39,045 nucleotides of DNA from Alphaproteobacteria bacterium (GTDB taxonomy: Bacteria; Pseudomonadota; Alphaproteobacteria; Rs-D84). Below are positions 1 to 9,493 of the stretch, piece after piece. The position numbers and the translations under genes were made by a program. Positions within the stretch are counted from its first letter, which is position 1, and every line of letters starts with the position of its first letter. Below the pieces are notes generated by a model. It saw nothing but the letters and a program-made list of their open reading frames with translations. It was not told the DNA's origin and did no database searches. Location of the stretch: positions 1 through 39,045 of the forward strand of contig JAVBPX010000013.1 in the NCBI GenBank assembly GCA_031549365.1, given 5' to 3'.

Positions 1-135
1 CATATGTTTTATTATCTCTCCCCGTTGGGGCGAGATGGGTAGTGTTTTTATTTTCTCCCGCACCACTCAACCACGACAAATAATTGTCGGGTTTTAATTG
101 CAATGATCCGTCGGCACGTTGTTTCGCCGAGATAA
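1..135 (+). repeat. Dispersed ~135-bp repeat, copy 1 (partner at 38910-39044)
   Basis: CATATGTTTTATTATCTCTCCCC...TTTCGCCGAGATAA recurs at the window end with 3 mismatches (positions 25, 26, 113). Confidence 0.95.
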
Positions 136-189
136 AGATTGGTGCGGAGTTGTGGTTTCGAGGGATGACAAATAATAAGTAGAAAAAAC

Positions 190-218
190 TTGCAATTGGG
201 CGATTCGTGGTATACAAT
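190..218 (+). promoter_or_regulatory. Putative sigma70 promoter for rimP-nusA-infB
   Basis: TTGCAA-17 nt-TACAAT upstream of rimP. Confidence 0.45.
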
Positions 219-240
219 TGCTTTGTTCTTGAGATTTTTG

Positions 241-270
241 GGAGCGGGTCTGAAAAGATCCGCTTCTTTC
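241..270 (+). promoter_or_regulatory. rimP leader hairpin (attenuator/terminator-like)
   Basis: GGAGCGGGTCT-GAAA-AGATCCGCTTC followed by TTTC; a leader hairpin ahead of rimP is known in bacteria. Confidence 0.5.
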
Positions 271-446
271 ATAGGGTTTTAAGGATGGGTGGAATCAGAG
301 CGATAGGTTTAAATGTAGAAAGATTATGAAATATCTGTTTGCGCTGTCGTTGTGTTTCTATGGGATGGTAAAGGAAAACAAGAGTTCCGATCCGTTGGCC
401 GTATTTTATGGTGACGGGATTTAAGATGATAGAAGAGGAAAGTAGT

Positions 447-941
447 ATGGTGTTGGTTGAAAAGTTAGAAGAATTATTTAATCCCATTTTGAAAGATATG
501 GGAGTTGGATTGGTATCAGTTAATATGTTGCCGGGCGAAGTTGGCACGGAGTGCCAAATTTTGATTGAGAATTTGGATGCATCGCCTGTGTCCGTTGATT
601 TGTGTTCGAAGGTGTCGCGTACATTATCTGCGTTTTTGGATGTAAACGACGTGTTCCCGCACAAGTATAATTTGGTTGTATCGTCGGCTGGTATTGATCG
701 GCCATTGGTAAAGGTGGATGATTACAAAAAGTTTAAGGGAGAGGATGTTATCATTCAAACCCGTCAGGTAGTTAATGGGTTGAAAAAACATTTTGGAAAA
801 TTAGATGGAATCGATGAAAAGACAAATGAAGTAATTTTAGTCGATGACAAAAAACAAGTTTTAAAAATTAAATACGATTTAATTTCAAAAGCGAATTTAG
901 ATCGTGTTTCAAAAATATTTAACAAACAAAAAGCGAAGTAA
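447..941 (+). CDS. rimP: Ribosome maturation factor RimP
   Basis: VDLCSKVSRTLSAFLDV, YNLVVSSAGIDRPL motif; first gene before nusA; start moved to ATG 447 after GAGGA (track start 408). Confidence 0.95.
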   Translation: MVLVEKLEELFNPILKDMGVGLVSVNMLPGEVGTECQILIENLDASPVSVDLCSKVSRTLSAFLDVNDVFPHKYNLVVSSAGIDRPLVKVDDYKKFKGEDVIIQTRQVVNGLKKHFGKLDGIDEKTNEVILVDDKKQVLKIKYDLISKANLDRVSKIFNKQKAK

Positions 942-953
942 AAGGAGTTGAAA

Positions 954-2534
954 ATGGTTTTTGTTGCAATGCCTCGTCAGGATTTGTTGGTTGCTGTGGA
1001 TGCTTTGGCCGCCGAGAAAAACATCGAACGCGATGTTGTTTTTGAAAGTTTAGAAGCTGCGATTAAAAAAATCGCAAAGACAAAATATGGGGAAGGCTTG
1101 GATATTGATGTCAAGATTGATCGCAAAAATGGCGCGATTCATATTAAACGTTTATTTCAAGTTATTGATCCAAAAATGGTTGGTGTTGTTATTGAAGCCG
1201 ATGAATTTGGTAAAGGTGGATTTGAATATAATGAACAAACCATGTTGACCCCAGAGCAAGCAAAAAAATATGTTGCAAATGCACAAATCGGAGATGTGGT
1301 TGAAGATCCTTTGCCAGAACCAGAATTTGGCCGTATGGCTTTCCAACAAGCAAAGCAAATTATGTCAAGTCGTGTTCGTGATGCTGAACGTGGGCATCAG
1401 TTCGAAGAATTTAAAGATTCGATTGGCGATATTGTTCATGGAACCGTTAAACGTATTGAATTTGGAAATGTATTTGTTGATATTCAAGGCAAAGCCGAAG
1501 GGTATGTTCGTCGCAACGAATTAATCCCAAGAGAAAGAATGCAGCCAGGAGATCGTGTTCGTGCATTGGTTTTGGATGTTACGCGCACAAATTCCGGCCC
1601 GCAAATATTTTTGACCAGAACGCATCCATTATTCATGGAAAAATTATTTATGCAGGAAGTGCCAGAAATTTACGAAGGTATTATTAAAATTAAATCTGTT
1701 GCGCGTGCGCCAGGTTCACATGCAAAAGTTGCCGTATGGACGGATGATCCATCCGTTGATCCTGTTGGTATGACAGTTGGTATGAAGGGTACACGTATTC
1801 AGCCAGTTATTAACGAATGCCAAGGCGAAAAGATTGATGTTGTATTATTCAGCGAGGATCCAGCGGTTTATGTTGTTAATGCAATTGCGCCAGCCAAAGT
1901 TGCAAAGATTATTTTGGACGAAGATACACATACTGCCCAGGTTGTTGTTAACGAAGATCAACAATCTTTGGCGATTGGACGTCGCGGACAGAATGTTCGT
2001 TTGGCCGCACAATTAACTGGATGGAATATTGATATTTTATCAGAAGCAGAAGAACAAGAACGTCGTCAGCGCGAGACCAAAGAAAAATCTGCATTGTTTA
2101 TGAAGGGATTGGATGTTGATGAAATGATAGCACAGTTGTTGATTGCAGAAGGATTTAGATCTGTGGAAGAAGTTGCTTTTGTTCCATTGCATGAATTGGA
2201 AACAATTGATGGATTTGATGCGGATATTGCAGCCGAATTGCAACAACGTGCAAAAGATTTCTTGGCACGCGAGGAAAAAGAATTTTCCGATGCCGCGGGT
2301 GCTTTGAAGATGGCAGATGATTTGTTGAATTTCAAATTATTAAAACGTCCAACATTATTAAAATTGGGTCATGCCGGTATTCGTACGCTATGTGATTTTG
2401 CCGATTTGGCAACCGATGAATTGGTTGAAATTTTAGGCGAAGATGAAATCACAGAAGTTATGGCCGGACGTTTGATTATGAAAGCACGTAAAGAATGTTA
2501 CGGGACAGAAGAAGTAATCGAGGACGCTGAATAA
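954..2534 (+). CDS. nusA: Transcription termination/antitermination factor NusA
   Basis: N domain, S1 (GDIVHGTVKRIEFG), KH (ARAPGSHAKVAV, SLAIGRRGQNVRLAAQLTGW), acidic C-terminal repeats; ATG 954 lies 6 nt after AAGGAG. Confidence 0.98.
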   Translation: MVFVAMPRQDLLVAVDALAAEKNIERDVVFESLEAAIKKIAKTKYGEGLDIDVKIDRKNGAIHIKRLFQVIDPKMVGVVIEADEFGKGGFEYNEQTMLTPEQAKKYVANAQIGDVVEDPLPEPEFGRMAFQQAKQIMSSRVRDAERGHQFEEFKDSIGDIVHGTVKRIEFGNVFVDIQGKAEGYVRRNELIPRERMQPGDRVRALVLDVTRTNSGPQIFLTRTHPLFMEKLFMQEVPEIYEGIIKIKSVARAPGSHAKVAVWTDDPSVDPVGMTVGMKGTRIQPVINECQGEKIDVVLFSEDPAVYVVNAIAPAKVAKIILDEDTHTAQVVVNEDQQSLAIGRRGQNVRLAAQLTGWNIDILSEAEEQERRQRETKEKSALFMKGLDVDEMIAQLLIAEGFRSVEEVAFVPLHELETIDGFDADIAAELQQRAKDFLAREEKEFSDAAGALKMADDLLNFKLLKRPTLLKLGHAGIRTLCDFADLATDELVEILGEDEITEVMAGRLIMKARKECYGTEEVIEDAE

Positions 2535-2737
2535 TGACAAGATCTGATAACACGATTGAAAAATTAGTAAAACAAAATCCAAATATAATTAATGATTTGG
2601 ATGAGGCCGTGATGTTATTGAATGCATTTAGTCAGATAATGTCTGGAAAAGTGGATGCTGGGTTTTTTAATCGTGTTTCTGGATCTGTGGAAAAAGTTAC
2701 AAGTGTGTTGAAAAACATCAAAGAAAGCGCCAGGTAA
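2534..2737 (+). CDS. Small hypothetical protein (67 aa) between nusA and infB
   Basis: TAATG coupling to the nusA stop; fills the gap; no family recognised. Confidence 0.65.
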   Translation: MTRSDNTIEKLVKQNPNIINDLDEAVMLLNAFSQIMSGKVDAGFFNRVSGSVEKVTSVLKNIKESAR

Positions 2738-2755
2738 AAATTAAGAGGAAAAAAT

Positions 2756-5125
2756 ATGACTGAGAGAAAAACATTAACTTTGGGAAAAAGCGTTAAAGTC
2801 GATTCTGTGCAATCGGCCAAGGGTGATGCTATTTTCGTTGAAAGACGTCGTAAGGTTTTATTGCCAGGCGAACAAGAATTACAAGAGCCGATAAAAAAAG
2901 CCCCTATTAATCCGCAAGAGGAAAAATTGCAGGCTGTGTTACAGGCCGCGCGCGAAAAAGAATTAGAACGTGCCAAGCAGGTTGCCGAAGAAGAAGCATT
3001 GCGTGCAAAGAGAGATGCCGAAGTTGCTGCGGAACAAGCCGAATATCAAGAAGTTCAAGAGCAATTAAAGCAGAGAGAAATTGCCAAAGAAGAAGCTGAG
3101 ACGGATGATCGTGGAGCATTGAATCATAAACCAATAGTGGCGAAAGCACATGGGGTGGTTGATGATGAAGCCGATGTCAAAAAAGACAAGAAAAAAGGGC
3201 ATAGGTCCGGTGGTTTTGATGCGTCCGGTCGTATTACAATTCGAGATATCGTTGTTAGCGATTCTGATGAAGATGAAGAAATTGCGGTTCGTGGACAACA
3301 TAGACGTCGTAGTGAGGCGGCAGCAAAACGTTTCCGTGAAAAACAAAGACAGGCTTTTCAGCCAACAGAAAAAGTTGTGCGCGAAGTTTTATTGGGCGAC
3401 ACAATTGTTGTTAAAGATTTGGCGAATATGATGGCCGAAAAAGTGGGCGTCGTTATTAAAAAATTAATGGATATGGGCGTTATGGTTTCCATGAATCAGT
3501 CAATTGATGCGGATACTGCGGAATTGATTGCGGGTGAATTTGGTGCCCCGGTTAAGCGTGTTGTTGAAATGCCATATCAAAATTTATTAGAAATTAAACC
3601 AAATTCAGAAAACATGGTGTCTAGGCCTCCGGTCGTTACTGTTATGGGGCATGTGGATCATGGAAAAACTTCGTTATTGGATGCATTGCGTTCTGCTAAT
3701 GTTGTTGCGGGTGAGGCTGGGGGAATTACTCAGCATATTGCTGCGTATGAAGTGGTTGCAAAAAATGGAAAATCGATTACGTTTTTAGATACGCCTGGAC
3801 ATGAAACCTTTTCTGCGATGCGTGCACGTGGCGCACAGATGACAGATATTGTTGTTTTGGTTGTTGCTGCGAATGATTCAATTATGCCGCAGACAATTGA
3901 AGCGATCCATCATATCAAAGCCGCCGGTGTGCCAGTTATTATTGCGATTAATAAAATTGATTTGCCAGAAGCAAATCCGAACAAGGTTAAAACCGATTTA
4001 TTACAGCATGAAATTCAAGTCGAAGATATGGGCGGAGATGTTTTGTCTGTGGATATTTCTGCGACCAAAAAAATTAATTTGGATAAATTAGAAGAATTGA
4101 TTTTATTACAGGCCGAAATGATGGATTTAAAAGCCGATCCGGATATGCCTGCGGCTGCCCAGGTTGTTGAAGCAAAAATGGAAAAAGGATTGGGCGCAAC
4201 GGCAACAATTTTAATGCGTCAGGGAACATTATCAATTGGTGATGTGTTTGTATCCGGTATGACTCATGGACGTGTTCGTGCGATTATTAATTCGAAAAAT
4301 GAGCGTGTAAAATCAATTAAACCAGGTCAGCCAGGTGTTATTTTAGGATTGGATGCTTTGCCTTTGGCTGGGGATGACTTTATCGCATTGCAAAATGATG
4401 CCCAGGCACGGGAAGTTGCAGAATATCGTGCGCACAAAGCAAAAGAAAAAGAAAATATTGCAAAAAAATCCACTTTGGAACAGTTGTTCGCAAAGGCAAA
4501 ATCAAGCGACAAGATTGTTGTGCCTGTGATTTTAAAAGCTGATGTTCAGGGGTCCGTTGAAGCGTTGCGTGATATGATTAAAAAAGTTGGATCAGAAAAA
4601 GCCAATGTTAATTTGTTGTCTGCGAGTGTTGGTGCAATTTCCGAGGGAGATATTCGTTTGGCAAGTGCTTCGAACGCTATTATTATTGCTTTTAATGTTC
4701 GTGCCGATGCCGCGGTGAAAGAAATGGCGCGTGCCGCAGGAGTGGATATTCGTTATCATTCTGTTGTTTACCACATCACAGATGAATTGAATGATATTTT
4801 GACCGGAAAATTAGAGCCAGAGCGCAAAGAAACATTTATTGGGTATGCTGACGTATTGGCTATATTCACTGTTGGAAAAGGCGTCAAAGTTGCCGGCTGT
4901 CGAGTTACAGAGGGTGTTATTCGTCGCGATGCAAACGTTCGTTTATTGCGAGATAATGTTGTTATTTACGATGGTAAAATCGGCGTATTAAAACGTGAAA
5001 AAAACGAAGTCAAAGAAGTATCTGTGGGTACTGAATTTGGTATGTCGTTTGACAAGTATAATGATTTGCACGAGGGTGATAAGGTGGAATGTTATACTGT
5101 TGAAAGTGTTAAGGCCACACTGTAA
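2756..5125 (+). CDS. infB: Translation initiation factor IF-2
   Basis: [32 protein letters not shown] GTPase motifs; IF-2 C-terminal domains. Confidence 0.99.
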   Translation: MTERKTLTLGKSVKVDSVQSAKGDAIFVERRRKVLLPGEQELQEPIKKAPINPQEEKLQAVLQAAREKELERAKQVAEEEALRAKRDAEVAAEQAEYQEVQEQLKQREIAKEEAETDDRGALNHKPIVAKAHGVVDDEADVKKDKKKGHRSGGFDASGRITIRDIVVSDSDEDEEIAVRGQHRRRSEAAAKRFREKQRQAFQPTEKVVREVLLGDTIVVKDLANMMAEKVGVVIKKLMDMGVMVSMNQSIDADTAELIAGEFGAPVKRVVEMPYQNLLEIKPNSENMVSRPPVVTVMGHVDHGKTSLLDALRSANVVAGEAGGITQHIAAYEVVAKNGKSITFLDTPGHETFSAMRARGAQMTDIVVLVVAANDSIMPQTIEAIHHIKAAGVPVIIAINKIDLPEANPNKVKTDLLQHEIQVEDMGGDVLSVDISATKKINLDKLEELILLQAEMMDLKADPDMPAAAQVVEAKMEKGLGATATILMRQGTLSIGDVFVSGMTHGRVRAIINSKNERVKSIKPGQPGVILGLDALPLAGDDFIALQNDAQAREVAEYRAHKAKEKENIAKKSTLEQLFAKAKSSDKIVVPVILKADVQGSVEALRDMIKKVGSEKANVNLLSASVGAISEGDIRLASASNAIIIAFNVRADAAVKEMARAAGVDIRYHSVVYHITDELNDILTGKLEPERKETFIGYADVLAIFTVGKGVKVAGCRVTEGVIRRDANVRLLRDNVVIYDGKIGVLKREKNEVKEVSVGTEFGMSFDKYNDLHEGDKVECYTVESVKATL

Positions 5126-5253
5126 AATCGCGTGAAAACCGGCGATTAAAAACAAGTTCCATAAAATTTTAAACACTTATGTACGTTCATGTACACCGCG
5201 TGTCTAAAATTTTATGGAATTCTTTATACTCATCCGATTTTGACGCGATTTTT
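5123..5253 (+). repeat. Long palindromic element, copy A (starts on the infB TAA)
   Basis: AAAATCGCG-TGA...TGA-CGCGATTTT outer stem; TTCCATAAAATTTTA/TAAAATTTTATGGAA inner stem; apical CTTATGTAC..TGTACACCGCG. Confidence 0.9.
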
Positions 5254-5339
5254 GGCGTTTGTTTTTTAAGATCGGTTTTATTTGTTGGGATTTTTAATTT
5301 GGGCTTTACATTTTTATGCTTTTTGTGGATGATGTTTGT

Positions 5340-5897
5340 ATGAAATATTTTTTGATTTTAGTTTCTATGTTTTTAGTTGGTTGTGGCGGAATTATGGAAG
5401 GGCCAAGGACAACCGATATAAAAGTTATCAATTTATCAAATTATGAAATGAATGTAGTTGGGTATTTTCAAGACGACAAGGGCGAAAAGAATAGGATTGA
5501 GGTTTTTGAAAAAGCCGATGAAATAGTTGGGCAAAGGTTTGAATTTATTGAGGACGGCGGGTTTAAAAATTATTATAAGTATGATTTGGGTGAGGTTTAT
5601 GAATCCCATGATAATGGTGGTTGGGGTGGATGTGCTTTTTTTGTAATTCCGCCGTTGGGGTGTTGGCCGAATTACTGGTTTTGGGATTACAATAAATTAT
5701 TTTTAGTTATTAATTTTAAAGATCAGTATGGCAATATTTGTCGAACAGTTGTGTCAGATTCAAATCGGTCGGATATCAAAATATCGTCAGGAGATGTTTC
5801 AAAAATTGATAGAAAAAAGTGGCAAGATGATATTTTTGAGCGTAAAGTGGAAATTGTTATATCAGATGATTTTAAATGTTTAGACCGAGGTGGATAA
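5340..5897 (+). CDS. Hypothetical lipoprotein
   Basis: MKYFLILVSMFLVGC lipobox signal; start moved to ATG 5340. Confidence 0.75.
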   Translation: MKYFLILVSMFLVGCGGIMEGPRTTDIKVINLSNYEMNVVGYFQDDKGEKNRIEVFEKADEIVGQRFEFIEDGGFKNYYKYDLGEVYESHDNGGWGGCAFFVIPPLGCWPNYWFWDYNKLFLVINFKDQYGNICRTVVSDSNRSDIKISSGDVSKIDRKKWQDDIFERKVEIVISDDFKCLDRGG

Positions 5898-5898
5898 T

Positions 5899-6414
5899 AT
5901 GAGTGTGGAAATTGAACGTAAATTTTTAGTTAAAAATGATTCCTGGAAAGGACAGGCAATGGGAGTTTTATATCGCCAGGGATATTTAGCCAAGAAAGGA
6001 TGTACTGTTCGTGTGAGGGTGCATGGAGATAGCGCGAAATTAACGATAAAAGGTGCGCGAGTTGGATTGAGCCGGTCGGAATTTGAATATGCAATTCCGC
6101 GTGCTGATGCCGAGGCTATGTTATCTGAATTTGCAGATGGAAAAATTATCGAAAAAATCAGATATAAAATTCCATATGGTGATTTAGTGTTGGAAGTTGA
6201 TGAATTTTTGGGCGAAAATTTAGGATTGGTTATGGTCGAGGTTGAATTGCCGAACGAAGATTTTGAATTTGAAAAACCGGATTGGTTTGGTATGGAAGTT
6301 TCAGGGGACGATAAATATTACAATTCAAATTTGGTTAAAAAACCGTATTCAAAATGGAAAAAGATTGATGGGCGTGTTGTTAAAAATTTATTGGGTAAAG
6401 TTCGAGGTGGTTAA
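5899..6414 (+). CDS. CYTH-domain protein (triphosphate tunnel metalloenzyme)
   Basis: EIERKFLV, YRQGYL, VRVR, LTIKG, EFEY, EVDEF, EVEL motifs; SD GAGGTGG before ATG 5899. Confidence 0.93.
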   Translation: MSVEIERKFLVKNDSWKGQAMGVLYRQGYLAKKGCTVRVRVHGDSAKLTIKGARVGLSRSEFEYAIPRADAEAMLSEFADGKIIEKIRYKIPYGDLVLEVDEFLGENLGLVMVEVELPNEDFEFEKPDWFGMEVSGDDKYYNSNLVKKPYSKWKKIDGRVVKNLLGKVRGG

Positions 6415-7161
6415 GTGGTTCGATTTTCCAAGATTAATTTAGATAAAGATTTGTTTTTTAGGTTGGAAAAACAGATTTTTGATATGGAATTGGACTGTGA
6501 TTGCGATACGTTTGGTGTGGTTAAAAGGCGTTTAATTAATCGCGAGGTTTTGACGCCAGATCAATTTTTTTATCAGGCGGTCTATGTCGTTTTGGCCGGG
6601 GGATTTTCCCAAAAAACGGCCAAGCGTAAGCATGCCGAGATTATGGAATGTTTTGGGATTGAAAATGGTTTGTCAGACGTGGGTGAAAAAAATTGCAATA
6701 ATTGCCACGGGGTCGTGACCCCTCGCAATGACAAAACGAGAAACGTTGCGGGGCCGGGGTTTGATGATTTAATTAAAATTTTTGGAAATGTGAACAAGGT
6801 TAATGCCATATTAAAATTATGGAATGGTCGTGAAAAATTTTGTTCAGAATATTATAAATTAATGGATATTAAAGCACGTTTGGATTATTTGTCGGGATTG
6901 CCGCACATTGGTAAAATTACTGCGAATCATTTGGCCAGAAATTTGGGTGAAAATGTCGTTAAATACGATATTTGGATTCAGCGTTTGGGTGTTCGAGTTT
7001 TTGGAGGCGCCGATGATATGAATTTGGTTGGTTTTCCATTGAATGATAAAATTAAAAAATATGCGGATATGGTTTTTGAAAAATTGGAAAAAGATACCAA
7101 GTATCCGAAGGGATATATTGATTTGATATTGTGGAAGGCCAGCCAGGAAAAGATCATTTGA
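6415..7161 (+). CDS. HhH-superfamily DNA glycosylase/lyase-like protein
   Basis: HhH motif LSGLPHIGKITANHL followed by KYDIW Asp; terminal IDLILW; contains an in-frame REP-like hairpin. Confidence 0.7.
   Translation: MVRFSKINLDKDLFFRLEKQIFDMELDCDCDTFGVVKRRLINREVLTPDQFFYQAVYVVLAGGFSQKTAKRKHAEIMECFGIENGLSDVGEKNCNNCHGVVTPRNDKTRNVAGPGFDDLIKIFGNVNKVNAILKLWNGREKFCSEYYKLMDIKARLDYLSGLPHIGKITANHLARNLGENVVKYDIWIQRLGVRVFGGADDMNLVGFPLNDKIKKYADMVFEKLEKDTKYPKGYIDLILWKASQEKII
6692..6733 (+). repeat. REP-like hairpin (ATTGC..GCAATGAC family) inside a CDS
   Basis: ATTGCCACGGGGTCGTGACCCCTCGCAATGACA matches intergenic copies at 22705, 26609 and 37321. Confidence 0.85.
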
Positions 7162-7288
7162 AAATCAATGAAAAGCGCAGCATTTGGCTGCGTTGTTCAT
7201 TTTGTGCCGCGGCACGTACCATATGTACGCTGGCGCGCGGTCAAAAAATTTCAAAACACAACCAACTACTACGCTTTGATTGATTTTT
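7159..7288 (+). repeat. Long palindromic element, copy B (divergent subtype; starts on the TGA stop)
   Basis: AAAATCAA-TGA-AAAGCG...CGCTT-TGA-TTGATTTT outer stem; apical CACGTACCATATGTACGCTG. Confidence 0.8.
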
Positions 7289-7310
7289 ATGTTTTGGTAA
7301 ATAAGGTGGG

Positions 7311-8504
7311 TTATTTTATTTTGGGTTGGATTTTATAGACAAAGTAGGCTGGGATGATTCCAAATATGCCTGCAACAATCCAGACAGACGCCAGAGAGCC
7401 CGTTAAGTATATTGCCAATGATGCAAACAGTGGAGTAATAATTTTGGCGACGTAGCTGGATGTTTTGAATATTCCAAAAAAACGAGATTGTTCGGGTTTT
7501 GTTGTAATGTCGAAAAATGGGATTTCTTTGATTGGTTCGACGCAGGCGTTTGAAAATTGCCAGATGATAAAGAAGCCCAGCAATGTAAATCCGGTTGATG
7601 CGGATGCCAAGAATGCGAACACGGTATATGTTAAATATCCCAAGATTAAATAGCGTTTGGCGCCGTGTTTGGTTGCCAAGGATGCAATCCATGGTTCAAT
7701 TAAAATAAATGGAATAATTCCGAGAGAGAGTACGATACCGACTGTTTCCTTGCTGAATCCGGCCGAGATAATGGCGAGGGGGACGTAAAGACTGCGAAGA
7801 GAGGCAATGGCGTAAAATCCATAATTGGCCATATAGGCGTGGCGCATATTAGAGCGACGGAAAAATAAAATTAAATTCCGAATTATGCGACGGATTGTGG
7901 TTGGAACCCTTGGTGGACGGACGTTTTTTTCGGCTGCCACCAGTTTTTGATTGAAAAAATATGCCATACAAATTATCAAAATTCCGCACATCAGCAAAAA
8001 TGGTGCGCGCATATTATCCATTTTGGTTGCAACGTACATCGCAATAACAGGCGCGATTAATGAGCCAATATTATACAGCATGTAATAGCGTCCGGACAGT
8101 TTTGACAGAGTGCCCCGTTTTGCAAAATCTGCCAGGAATAGTGATGTGCAGATGCTGAATGTAACCCAGCCGAATTCTCGGACTATGTCCAATACAACGA
8201 ACGATCGGGTGGCGATTGGAAAATACATACAGAATGTTGTTATGATAATTGTCGACATTGCAATGACAACAATTTTTGGTTTGGATAGCAGGCGGAAAAC
8301 TTCGCCACTGAACAATGTGTACAGCATTACCATAAAGGCGAAGAATGAGCTGTATAGGCCGACCAGGGACGCCGAACCGAATACTTCGAATAATACCAGT
8401 GAATATACTGTTGAAAAGATTGATGAAGCCAGGCCGTAAAAGAAACCAATGTTGGCAAAGGTGTTGCCGGAGGTTTTTGCGCTCATCGATACGTATTTGT
8501 CCAT
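7311..8504 (-). CDS. MFS transporter
   Basis: 397 aa, about 12 hydrophobic segments in two halves; LATKHGAKR loop motif. Confidence 0.85.
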   Translation of the reverse strand: MDKYVSMSAKTSGNTFANIGFFYGLASSIFSTVYSLVLFEVFGSASLVGLYSSFFAFMVMLYTLFSGEVFRLLSKPKIVVIAMSTIIITTFCMYFPIATRSFVVLDIVREFGWVTFSICTSLFLADFAKRGTLSKLSGRYYMLYNIGSLIAPVIAMYVATKMDNMRAPFLLMCGILIICMAYFFNQKLVAAEKNVRPPRVPTTIRRIIRNLILFFRRSNMRHAYMANYGFYAIASLRSLYVPLAIISAGFSKETVGIVLSLGIIPFILIEPWIASLATKHGAKRYLILGYLTYTVFAFLASASTGFTLLGFFIIWQFSNACVEPIKEIPFFDITTKPEQSRFFGIFKTSSYVAKIITPLFASLAIYLTGSLASVWIVAGIFGIIPAYFVYKIQPKIK

Positions 8505-8542
8505 TTTGAATCTCGTTTTGTATGCTGTTTGTTGTCGCGCGC

Positions 8543-8571
8543 ATTATATCATAAAATTGGCTTTGGTTCAA
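8543..8571 (-). promoter_or_regulatory. Putative sigma70 promoter for the MFS gene
   Basis: Minus strand TTGAAC-17 nt-TATAAT with extended TGn -10. Confidence 0.6.
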
Positions 8572-8610
8572 GGTTTGTGGATTGCCCCTGGCGAGGCTTA
8601 ATTTCAATTC

Positions 8611-8642
8611 TTGTCGCGGAGTTATGATTCCGAGGGATGACA
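8611..8642 (+). repeat. REP-like element (..CGAGGGATGACA family)
   Basis: Shares its 3' end and partial stem with 124-170, 26571-26594 and 38723-38772. Confidence 0.65.
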
Positions 8643-8718
8643 TATAAAAAAACCCTGCATTGCAGAGTTTAGTTGATGAAATTTCCGATATCGCCATTGG
8701 CGATAGGGGGCAATAGTA

Positions 8719-9417
8719 TTAGTGGATGAGGCAGGCGAGTGCGGCGCCAGCGTTTTTAATTAAAAACCAAGTCATGCGGTGGTCTGTCATATAAATTGCG
8801 ATCATGAACAAAGACATGCTGCCGATTACGATTTGAGTGTTTAAGATTTTACCCTTCATGCAATAGACAACAATGTTATAGATTAAAAACAGTACATAGC
8901 CGTCAACAAGTGCCGAGATAATCCATAAAGAGGTGCAATTAAATGCCAATGTGTTTAAGCACAAGATTGCTGGGTACATGAAAAATACGGAACCCAATCC
9001 CTTGACAGCGATTTCAAAGTCGCGTTCGCCACCGGTGATTTCAGAAATTAGCATAATTAATCCAGATAGCAAGAACAGTACAACAACTGCCAAGATTGGT
9101 GTTACGATGAATTTTGCAAAAACGGTTGCCATGGTGATTGCATGCCCGCCCAATAATTGCAACAACAATACCAATGCGCCGCCGATTAGGCCGTAGATGA
9201 ATGCTTTGATCATTGGAGCTTCGAAACTGCCGTCTGCGACAATCGATGAGAAATAGCGTTTTGGATTTACCAAGATCATGGCAATGTGTTGAAGCCAGCT
9301 GGTTATGCCGTGCTTTTTAATTGTTTTGCCCGTTTTTTTTGCGGTGGTTTGAATTTTTTCGATTTCAGATTTCAAAGCTGATTGCTTTTTTTCGACTTGT
9401 TTTGTTTGTTTTGCCAT
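8719..9417 (-). CDS. Yip1-family membrane protein
   Basis: ILVNPKRYFSSI motif followed by about 5-6 TM segments; start MAKQ at 9417 after GGAG. Confidence 0.8.
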   Translation of the reverse strand: MAKQTKQVEKKQSALKSEIEKIQTTAKKTGKTIKKHGITSWLQHIAMILVNPKRYFSSIVADGSFEAPMIKAFIYGLIGGALVLLLQLLGGHAITMATVFAKFIVTPILAVVVLFLLSGLIMLISEITGGERDFEIAVKGLGSVFFMYPAILCLNTLAFNCTSLWIISALVDGYVLFLIYNIVVYCMKGKILNTQIVIGSMSLFMIAIYMTDHRMTWFLIKNAGAALACLIH

Positions 9418-9493
9418 GTTAATCTCCATCTTGTCAAGTGCATTATAGACAATGGTGCGTGGAAAATCCATCGAAAAATTAGGATTCTGTGAT

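Noticed and set aside
5123-5253. Ordinary intrinsic terminators or K-turn/C-D box from the TGA..TGA pair
   Set aside because: Too long and too conserved in the loops for simple terminators; the TGA/TGA pair folds simply as U-A, G-G, A-U, so a K-turn is not required
6694-6708. CxxCH heme c motif in the HhH protein
   Set aside because: Encoded by the inserted repeat; the protein has no export signal
8071-8697. 208-aa overlapping ORF and other shadow ORFs (e.g. 269-664, 13644-14069, 22834-23277)
   Set aside because: They overlap well-supported genes or repeats in alternative frames and show no protein-like motifs
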